The notes below the pieces were generated by a model. The model was not told the origin of the DNA and ran no database searches. It saw only the letters and a program-made list of their open reading frames with translations. A stretch of DNA of 64,000 bases. Source: Nitrospirota bacterium (lineage in GTDB: Bacteria > Nitrospirota > Thermodesulfovibrionia > Thermodesulfovibrionales > JdFR-88). Shown here one piece after another: positions 1-6,801 of this stretch. How positions within the stretch are numbered: the first letter of the stretch is position 1; the number at the start of each line of letters is the position of its first letter. The DNA lies in the NCBI GenBank assembly GCA_021825295.1, contig JAKAHV010000011.1:17790-81789 (forward strand), in the 5' to 3' direction. The translations under genes were made by a program, and so were the position numbers.

Positions 1-671
1 CGGAGCTGAATGTAATGTCCCATCTGACCTGCATAGGGGCCACAACCGCGTCCATAACTTCCATACTCGAAGACTACGGGGCAAACGGCATAGACAACAT
101 ACTTGCACTCCGGGGGGACCCGCCCAGGAACATGAAGGGCTTTGACCTTACAAAAGGCGAGTTCAGATATGCCAGGGACCTGGTGGAGTTCATAAGGAAG
201 CGCTACGGCGATTATTTCTCCATAGGCGTCGCGGCATATCCCGAGAAGCACCCGGAGGCGCCCTCGCTCGAAAAAGACATCGAATACCTGAAGATGAAGG
301 CCGACGCCGGTGCCGACTTCGCCATCACCCAGATGTTCTTCGACAACGCCTATTATTATGACTTCATGGAAAGGGCGCTGAAGCACGGAATCGACATACC
401 CATCCTGCCCGGCATCATGCCCATCACGGACTTCAACAAGATAAAGGAGTTCTGCTCCTTCTGCAACGCGAGCATCCCGGAGAGCCTGGAGAAGAAGATG
501 CTGCCTGTCCTGGACAGTCCGGAGGGCATAAGGAAAACCGGCACGGAGCATGTGGGCGCGCAGTGCGAGGACCTGATCAGAAACGGGGTCAGGTACCTGC
601 ACTTCTATACCCTAAACCGGGCGGATACTATAAGCGATATTCTGGACCCGCTGAAAGACCTGCTCAAATAA
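1..671 (+). CDS. metF: Methylenetetrahydrofolate reductase, 3' part (5' end outside window)
   Basis: The frame is open from the window edge to TAA 669-671. Translation carries HLTCIG, ILALRGDPP, AAYPEKHPEA, DFAITQMFFD, PGIMPI and RYLHFYTLN, the MetF/MTHFR barrel pattern as I recognise it. Confidence 0.85.
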   Translation, partial: ELNVMSHLTCIGATTASITSILEDYGANGIDNILALRGDPPRNMKGFDLTKGEFRYARDLVEFIRKRYGDYFSIGVAAYPEKHPEAPSLEKDIEYLKMKADAGADFAITQMFFDNAYYYDFMERALKHGIDIPILPGIMPITDFNKIKEFCSFCNASIPESLEKKMLPVLDSPEGIRKTGTEHVGAQCEDLIRNGVRYLHFYTLNRADTISDILDPLKDLLK

Positions 672-674
672 AGG

Positions 675-865
675 CTAGAACCTATCTCAAAATCGCTTCT
701 GGCTGCAAGAGGCTGAAATCGCGGCATATGGCGTCATACATGGAAAATCGTCCTCAATCCCGCCTTGGCGGGACTGCTGCGCCTCCGGGCGATTTCCCCT
801 TCTTCCTTGTCTGCCACGATTTCCTCTCTCTTTCGCTTCAAAATCAATTTCGAGATAGGTTCTAG
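675..865. mobile_element. 191-bp MITE-like element with a 14-nt perfect terminal inverted repeat
   Basis: CTAGAACCTATCTC (675-688) and GAGATAGGTTCTAG (852-865) are exact reverse complements. The element starts 4 nt after the metF stop. It contains the hairpin AATCCCGCCTTGGCGGGAC (756-774), also seen at 1004-1021 and 20377-20394. No credible ORF and no clear TSD. Confidence 0.5.
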
Positions 866-906
866 TGTCCTGTCCCGGAGTTCCCGTTAAAATTATCAGC
901 ATGGGA

Positions 907-1075
907 GGACATCCGCCCGGTCCTTGAGTGAGGAGAAGAGCGGACGGATCACGGCGCGCCGCATCTTGCCAACCTTTCGCCATTCGCCCTGAAAGGCGCC
1001 CTGAATCCCGCCCTGGCGGGTCCGTTTGTATACGGCCGGAACCGCGCGACGAACGAAAGGGCCGGGCGGATGTCC
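907..1075. repeat. Long-hairpin repeat module, paralog of 20277-20444
   Basis: The closing stem is GGACATCCGCCCGG (907-920) paired with CCGGGCGGATGTCC (1062-1075). The core block 938-967 is identical at 29/30 nt to 20311-20340. Confidence 0.6.
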
Positions 1076-1276
1076 CGCAGGGGGGAGGGTATTCGGGAAA
1101 TAGTAAAGCCGAAAGAGCCTAAACAAACGGCAAAAAATCTCCGCATGGGCGCAAGAAAGCCCATTGGGGAAAAATTCCCCATCCGTGGGTAATTTTTCCC
1201 GATAGCCGCATCTCCCCTCGCGGCCCCTGGGGCCAAAATTCCCTGATAATACGGGGGGCCCGCCGTTTTGGATTGA

Positions 1277-1291
1277 TGGCATGGCAATTGC
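1277..1291 (+). promoter_or_regulatory. Candidate sigma-54 (-24/-12) promoter TGGCATGGCAATTGC
   Basis: Matches TGGCAC-N5-TTGC with GG and GC spaced 10 nt. The C of the -12 GC lies 13 nt before ATG 1305. The identical 15-mer recurs at 57997-58011. Confidence 0.5.
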
Positions 1292-1304
1292 AATTACAGT
1301 GTGC

Positions 1305-1631
1305 ATGAGAAAGATCCTTTTCTGCACGCATGATCCCATCCTTGTCAAAAGCCTTTACGGCATATTGCGCGAGGAGGGTTTCACTGTGGACATGGCCGAG
1401 CATCTTTCCCAGGCTGTGCAGATGGCAATTGAAGGAAAGTACGAGGGGGTCATAATCGATTCGGGGCCGTTCGGGCTCCAGGCGGAGGATGCGGTCCGGA
1501 TAATAAAGGTGGTTTCTCCCGGGCTGCCGGTGCTGGTGACCGGGAAGTCCTGCTGCGAGGCGGATGCCCTGAACATCGAAGCCCCGGTTGACCTCGAGGA
1601 GTTCAAGCAGGCAATACACGCCATTTTATAG
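1305..1631 (+). CDS. Stand-alone CheY-like receiver domain protein, atypical (pseudo-receiver?)
   Basis: 108 aa with a receiver-like layout: KILFCTHDP, GVIIDSG, VLVTGKS, APVDLEEF. The acidic pair reads HD rather than DD, and the conserved Lys position before Pro reads Ala. ATG 1305 has no Shine-Dalgarno; ATG 1281 lies inside the promoter motif. Confidence 0.6.
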   Translation: MRKILFCTHDPILVKSLYGILREEGFTVDMAEHLSQAVQMAIEGKYEGVIIDSGPFGLQAEDAVRIIKVVSPGLPVLVTGKSCCEADALNIEAPVDLEEFKQAIHAIL

Positions 1632-1661
1632 CGTCTATAAAAAAAACAAAAAGGGGGCGTC

Positions 1662-2690
1662 ATGACACCACGGGAGACGATATTAAAGGCATTTGAAGGC
1701 GGCAAGGCCTCACGGGTCCCGGTCACGCTTTTCGGGGCCGGCATGTGGAGCATAAAAAACTACGGCTCCACTTTTAAAGAGCTATCGGAGGATGAAATCC
1801 GTATGGCCGACATGCTGGTTGCGATGTCCGGGAAACTCGGATGCGACGTCGTTTATGCGGGTTCGGGTTATAACAACTTCCACGCCGCGGCCCTGGGCGG
1901 CTCCATGAAGTTCCGGGAAATGGGAGCCCCGGACCTTGAGGCCCCGCTGGTGCACTCCGAAGAGGACCTGCAGAAGATGGACATCCGCCGCATAGATATG
2001 GACCGGGTGATCGAGACCACCAAGAAGGCCTGCAGGCTGGCGAAATCGAAGATAGGGGGCGAATACGTCGTGACGCTCACGGCATGGGGGCCGTTCACCC
2101 TGGGCGCGCGTTTGGTCGGAGAGGAGGCCATGATGAAGGCCACCTTCAAAAAGCCCGCCTTCGTCGAGAAGGTGGTCGATTTCGCCACGAGCCTGCTTAT
2201 TCATCTCTATGAGCCGCTCGTTGACGACGGTACGCTCGAAGTCATAAGCCTGGCCGACCCGACCGCCTCCGGAGACCTCATCTCCAAAAAGCAGTTCGAA
2301 CGCTTCGCGCTCCCATACCTGAAGAAGTTCACGGACTGGGCAAAGGGCAAGGGCGCACACACGCTTGTGCATATCTGCGGCAACACGACGGACCGGCTGG
2401 ACCTTTTCCCGGCTACGGGGGCGAGCTGCATAAGCCTGGACCACAAGACCGACATCGGAAAGGCCAGGGAGGTGCTCCACGGCAGGATGTGTTTCGGGGG
2501 CAACGTGGACCCGGTGAAGATAATGCTGAACGGCAGCGTGCGCGAAGTGGAGGAGACCTGCAAAGAAACCATCCGGACCGCCGGCGCCGATGGGGGGTTT
2601 GTACTCATGCCCGGCTGCGACATCCCGCCCACCGTACCGTACGAAAACATACAGAAGATGATCCAGGTGGCCCGGGAATGGAGATATTAG
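1662..2690 (+). CDS. URO-D/MtaA/CmuA-family corrinoid methyltransferase, paralog 1
   Basis: 342 aa. The N-terminus PRETILKAFEGG..RVPV is typical of MtaA-like proteins. It has H-x-C (LVHICGN) plus a distal Cys (MPGCDIPP), the family zinc-ligand pattern. RBS AAGGGGG lies upstream. Confidence 0.8.
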   Translation: MTPRETILKAFEGGKASRVPVTLFGAGMWSIKNYGSTFKELSEDEIRMADMLVAMSGKLGCDVVYAGSGYNNFHAAALGGSMKFREMGAPDLEAPLVHSEEDLQKMDIRRIDMDRVIETTKKACRLAKSKIGGEYVVTLTAWGPFTLGARLVGEEAMMKATFKKPAFVEKVVDFATSLLIHLYEPLVDDGTLEVISLADPTASGDLISKKQFERFALPYLKKFTDWAKGKGAHTLVHICGNTTDRLDLFPATGASCISLDHKTDIGKAREVLHGRMCFGGNVDPVKIMLNGSVREVEETCKETIRTAGADGGFVLMPGCDIPPTVPYENIQKMIQVAREWRY

Positions 2691-2848
2691 CAAAAGGGGG
2701 GAGGTGATAAAGCCCGTCCAGAGGGAGAATGCGGGGGGAGAAAAAAACCGGATCGAATGTTTTGATTTGAGGGGAGGTTCAAAAGCGTATGTTCAAAAAA
2801 CTGTCCGCGATGTTTTCAAAAACAAGGGGACAAGAAGGAGAAAGGAAA

Positions 2849-3298
2849 ATGGCCACAGAGTCGAAGAAGATGACGGTTGAGGAAGTAAACGCGTACATGA
2901 AGCAGAAGTGCGGCTTCGTGCCCCGGATGTTCCAGATAATAAACACCGTCACGCCGGAGCCTGGAAGGACGTTTGCCGATTTCTATGAGAGCATATTCGG
3001 CGACGGCGCGCTCTCCAGAAAGCACAAGGAGCTCATGTTCATGTCCGGGGGTGTCGCCTACTGCTCGCCCAGGTGCATAATCCACGTCGTCCCGGCCATA
3101 AACGCCGGGGCCACGACCGGTGAGATCTTTGAGGCGGCCTCCGTGGGCATGATACTGGCGGGCTTTGTCCCGGGCGGACCCGGGATACCCTATGCGTTCG
3201 AATACGCTCTGAAATGCCTTGACATCGAGGCCAAGTACAGGAAGGGCGAGAAATGGGAATACCTGCCCCAGCCCAGGTTCGACCACGGGGTGTTTTGA
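2849..3298 (+). CDS. AhpD/carboxymuconolactone-decarboxylase-family protein
   Basis: KELMFMSGGVAYCSPRCIIHV fits the AhpD-like helical core but with C-x3-C-x2-H spacing. I chose ATG 2849 as the start (AAGGAG 8 nt upstream); ATG 2789 is possible. Confidence 0.65.
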   Translation: MATESKKMTVEEVNAYMKQKCGFVPRMFQIINTVTPEPGRTFADFYESIFGDGALSRKHKELMFMSGGVAYCSPRCIIHVVPAINAGATTGEIFEAASVGMILAGFVPGGPGIPYAFEYALKCLDIEAKYRKGEKWEYLPQPRFDHGVF

Positions 3299-3331
3299 GG
3301 AAAAGGAATTTACCGGCGGGAAAAATTAAAA

Positions 3332-3366
3332 AATTCCCCCACCCCTTTCAGGCGGGTGGGGGAATT
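3332..3366. other. 13-bp perfect GC-rich hairpin inside the operon
   Basis: AATTCCCCCACCC (3332-3344) pairs with GGGTGGGGGAATT (3354-3366) around a 9-nt loop. An A-run lies upstream on the + strand, so the structure looks like an intrinsic terminator only when read on the - strand. Confidence 0.5.
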
Positions 3367-3409
3367 CCCGGAAAACACGGAGATTTTTAGAAAAGGAGAT
3401 TTCATATAA

Positions 3410-4357
3410 ATGTTCGGTTTTTCCGCCAGACAGAAGACCGCCAGGATAGGCGGCATAACGATAGGCGGGCCCGCGGGCGAAAACCCGCCCCTGCTTATCG
3501 CCTCCATGTTCCACAACAAGGACCGGATACTGGCCGACAGAAAGGGCAATTTCGACCGGCAAAGGGCAAAGGAGCTGATAAGGCAGCAGGAGGACCTCAC
3601 GAGGTCCACCGGCATCCCCGGAATGGTGGCGATGGTGGCAAACACCCCCGAAGAGGCAAAGATATATATAGATTTCCTCCTCGAAACCTCCGATATGCCC
3701 TTCGGCATAGACATGTGGGTGGCCGAACAGAGGGCGAAGGCCACGGAGTATGTCGCCAGGCTCGGTGTTCAGGACAGGTTCCTCTACAACAGCATCACCC
3801 CCTGGGACAAGGACATCCGGGGGCAGATAAACAAGCTGAAGGACCTCGGCATCAAAAACGTCGTGGTGCAGGCCTTCGACGACAAGGACCAGAGCCCCGC
3901 GGGCAGGCTGAAATCCCTTGAGTCCATACTCTCGCAGGGCGCAGACGCCTTCGATACCGTCATGGTGGACACCTCCGTCATGAATCTGCCCTCGACGTCC
4001 TTTTCGCTCGTGGCAAACAGGATGATAAAGGAGAAGCTCGGGCTGCCCTGCGGAGGGGCCTACTCCAACGGCACTCATATGTGGAAGGCGTCAAAAGACA
4101 TCTGGGGGATCGAGGGTTTCCGGACGATGGACGCCGTGGCGCAGGGCATGTCCTCCGTCCTCTGGAGCGATTTCAATTTTTACGGGCCGATCGTCACGGC
4201 CCCCAGGATATTCTCCGCGGTGGCCACGGCCCACATACTGCTTGCGACACTCGTGTTCACGGAGACAAACAGGATCCCCGAAAACGGGGACCTGCCCATA
4301 AGGAAATTCTTCCCGGATTTCGTGGAAAAGCTCCTCGCCGGAGGGGCCAGAAAGTAA
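3410..4357 (+). CDS. MtrH-family methyl-pterin:corrinoid methyltransferase
   Basis: 315 aa. The N-terminus IGGITIGGPAGENPPLLIASMFH matches the MtrH pattern (IGG..GG..GE.P..LI.S.F). AAGGAG RBS present. Confidence 0.75.
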   Translation: MFGFSARQKTARIGGITIGGPAGENPPLLIASMFHNKDRILADRKGNFDRQRAKELIRQQEDLTRSTGIPGMVAMVANTPEEAKIYIDFLLETSDMPFGIDMWVAEQRAKATEYVARLGVQDRFLYNSITPWDKDIRGQINKLKDLGIKNVVVQAFDDKDQSPAGRLKSLESILSQGADAFDTVMVDTSVMNLPSTSFSLVANRMIKEKLGLPCGGAYSNGTHMWKASKDIWGIEGFRTMDAVAQGMSSVLWSDFNFYGPIVTAPRIFSAVATAHILLATLVFTETNRIPENGDLPIRKFFPDFVEKLLAGGARK

Positions 4358-4380
4358 TAAATGCATAAAAAGGAGCGCTA

Positions 4381-5418
4381 ATGGCTGAGACTAGGACAAT
4401 GACACCGAGGGAAAGGGTCCTGAAGATGTTTTCGGGGGCCGAAGTGGACAGGCCGCCGTGCTTCAGCGGCATGGGCAATGTCACCACGGCCGGGTTAAAG
4501 AATTTCGGCTATAAATTCGCCGCCCTCCATTCAAACGCAAGGATGATGGCGGACGCGGCCGCGGCCACTTACAAGCTGACGGGTTTCGAGTGCGGGGTAG
4601 TCCCCTTCGACCTCTGCGTGGAGGCGGAGGCCCTGGGGTGCGAGATAAACGTCTATGCCCATCTGGAGGACATCCTCTACCCGACCATAAGAAAAAAGAT
4701 CATCCACAATGAGGCCGGGATGGAGACAGTCAGCATCCCGGCGGACTTTGCCGGCAGGGGGAGGATACCCCTCGTAAAGGAGGCGATAAGGCTGCTGAAG
4801 GCCGGCATCGGGGGCGAGGTCGCAATCGGCTCGTATGTGCTGGGCCCCTTCACGCTCGCGGGCCAGATAATGGAGCTCAATGACCTCCTGAAACTCTCCT
4901 TCAAGAAGCCGGAGAAAGTGGGCAGGCTCCTTGAGATGCTGGCGGAGGCGATATCGCTCTATATCCGCGAGCTTGAGGATGCCGGGGCGGATTACATCAC
5001 TGTGAGGGAGATGGGGGCCACCTCGGACGTGCTTAGTCCCAGGGTCTTCAAAAACCTCATCCTGCCCCATCTGAAGAAGATATTCAGCCGGACAAGGGCG
5101 CACACGGTCCTGCACATCTGCGGAAAGACAAACGACATAGCCGTCTCCATGACGGAGTCCGGCGCCGGCGCGATCAGCGTGGACCAGAAAAACGACGTGG
5201 CCGAGACCAGGAAAAAGATCGGCAGCGCCCTGCTCTTCGGCAATTACGACCCTTACAACGTCCTTGTGGCAGGCACTGAAGAGGCGGTGCGCCAGGCGGT
5301 CAGGAAGTGCATGGATGACGGGGTGGACGCAGTATGGCCAGGCTGCGATATATGGCCCACCGTGCCGGTGGAAAATATAAAGGCCATGATGGATGAAGTG
5401 ATAAATTACAGGAGGTAG
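4381..5418 (+). CDS. URO-D/MtaA/CmuA-family corrinoid methyltransferase, paralog 2
   Basis: 345 aa with PRERVLKMFSG..VDRPP, VLHICGK (H-x-C) and WPGCDIWP. The stop lies 2 nt before the corrinoid protein start. Confidence 0.8.
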   Translation: MAETRTMTPRERVLKMFSGAEVDRPPCFSGMGNVTTAGLKNFGYKFAALHSNARMMADAAAATYKLTGFECGVVPFDLCVEAEALGCEINVYAHLEDILYPTIRKKIIHNEAGMETVSIPADFAGRGRIPLVKEAIRLLKAGIGGEVAIGSYVLGPFTLAGQIMELNDLLKLSFKKPEKVGRLLEMLAEAISLYIRELEDAGADYITVREMGATSDVLSPRVFKNLILPHLKKIFSRTRAHTVLHICGKTNDIAVSMTESGAGAISVDQKNDVAETRKKIGSALLFGNYDPYNVLVAGTEEAVRQAVRKCMDDGVDAVWPGCDIWPTVPVENIKAMMDEVINYRR

Positions 5419-5420
5419 AC

Positions 5421-6113
5421 ATGGTTACGGAAGAAAAAAGGCAAGAACTTTTAAACAGGCTGAAAAACTCCGTCATCCAGTACGACGAGGACGGGGCCAA
5501 GGAGGCCTCGAACGAGGTCGTCGCCCTGGGGATGGACGCCAACGACGCCATCTTCAACGGCCTCGTCAGCGGGATGGAGGAGGTAGGCAGGCTCTTCGAG
5601 GCCCAGGAGTACTTCGTGCCCGAACTCCTGATGTCGGCCGACGCGCTTTACGCGGGGCTGGATATCCTGAAACCCCATGTGAAACAACTGGACCTGGGGG
5701 TGAAGGGCTCGGTCGTCATCGGCACGGTCGAGGGAGACGTCCACGACATAGGCAAGAACATCGTGAAGATGATGTTCGACGTGGCCGGCTTCACGGTATA
5801 CGATCTGGGCCGGGACGTGCCCCTGGACAAGTTCGTGGAGGAGCAGCTCCGCACGGACTCCGACCTTGTCTGCCTGTCGGCCATGATGACCACCACGATG
5901 GTGGGCATGAAAAAGGTGATAAGCGACCTGAAGGCGAAAAACCCGAACGTCAGGATCATGATAGGCGGCGCGCCGGTCTCCTCGGACATAGCCGGCAAGT
6001 GGGGTGCCGACGGCTACGCCAAGGACGCCAACAACGCCCTCAAGGACGCCATCAACATGGTCAGCTCCCTCAAGAAGATGAAGGAAGAGGCCGAGGCGAA
6101 GAAGCGGGGCTAG
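5421..6113 (+). CDS. Corrinoid (B12-binding) methyl-carrier protein
   Basis: Helical cap plus Rossmann B12 domain. DVHDIGKN (DxHxxG), SAMMTTT and IMIGGAP are present. Confidence 0.9.
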   Translation: MVTEEKRQELLNRLKNSVIQYDEDGAKEASNEVVALGMDANDAIFNGLVSGMEEVGRLFEAQEYFVPELLMSADALYAGLDILKPHVKQLDLGVKGSVVIGTVEGDVHDIGKNIVKMMFDVAGFTVYDLGRDVPLDKFVEEQLRTDSDLVCLSAMMTTTMVGMKKVISDLKAKNPNVRIMIGGAPVSSDIAGKWGADGYAKDANNALKDAINMVSSLKKMKEEAEAKKRG

Positions 6114-6123
6114 GAAACTCAGG

Positions 6124-6783
6124 ATGAATTTTCATTCCGGTTTGAGGGTGGAGCTTATCGGCGCAGGGGCGGCCGTGGTGGGGTTTGCCTGCGTGAAGGA
6201 AGTAACAAGCGGGGACATCTCTCATCTTGAGCGCGCAATCTCCATAGGCGTGGTCAAGAACCTCAATGAACGGACGGTCCGCCTGCTTGTCGCACTCGAA
6301 AAAAGGGCCGCCCGGCGGCTGAGGGAGAGAGGCTACAGGTATTTGTGCATCCCGCCTGACTCCGACAGGGCCAACGGCACATTCATATCGAAACTCTATC
6401 CGCTCATTACCCACAAGATGGCGGCAACCCTCTCCGGACTGGGCTGGATAGGCAGAAACGGGCTCCTGATAAACCCGGTGTACGGGCCGCGGCTGTCTTT
6501 TGCCACGGTGCTTACTGACGCGCCGCTTCAGACCGGCACGCCGGTCACCGGCAGCAAGTGCGGGGGATGCACGCTGTGCATGGATTTCTGCCCCTCGCAC
6601 GCGATTACGGGAAACGAGTGGTCGCAGGGCGTCCCCTATGCGGACCTTGTCCGGACAAAAAAATGCTCGTCCTGGAAGGAAGGCATCCGGGCCACAAGCG
6701 GCAAGCCCAACTGCGGCCTCTGCATCAATATCTGCCCCTACGGCAGAAACGCTGCGTCAGCTTTAAAGGATAGAATTCATTGA
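6124..6783 (+). CDS. QueG/reductive-dehalogenase-like 2x[4Fe-4S] protein (short form)
   Basis: HKMAATLSGLGWIGRNGLLINPVYGPRLSFATVLTDAPL resembles the QueG/RdhA core. Two Cys clusters are present: CGGCTLCMDFCP and CGLCINICP. Confidence 0.6.
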   Translation: MNFHSGLRVELIGAGAAVVGFACVKEVTSGDISHLERAISIGVVKNLNERTVRLLVALEKRAARRLRERGYRYLCIPPDSDRANGTFISKLYPLITHKMAATLSGLGWIGRNGLLINPVYGPRLSFATVLTDAPLQTGTPVTGSKCGGCTLCMDFCPSHAITGNEWSQGVPYADLVRTKKCSSWKEGIRATSGKPNCGLCINICPYGRNAASALKDRIH

Positions 6784-6801
6784 TGGAGGAATCTTAAGAG
6801 A

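Noticed and set aside
672-1304. Possible cobalamin riboswitch or other leader upstream of the corrinoid operon.
   Set aside because: I found no B12-box-like GCCACTG core or the surrounding conserved stems. The region is instead explained by repeat elements and the sigma-54 motif. A cmscan against RF00174 would settle it.
563-1348. ORFs lying inside repeat DNA: 563-865, 687-983, 896-1348, 928-1122, 949-1293, 20233-20418, 23128-23416, 57839-58039.
   Set aside because: They coincide with TIR or hairpin repeats. They share peptide fragments (SRQGGI, MR[RH]AVIRPLF) only because the DNA repeats are shared. They have no RBS and overlap one another in several frames.
1662-5418. Possible pyrrolysine (in-frame TAG) or selenocysteine (TGA) recoding in the methyltransferase genes.
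   Set aside because: All methyltransferase ORFs are uninterrupted and of normal family length. No MttB, MtbB or MtmB-type gene with an in-frame amber codon is present.
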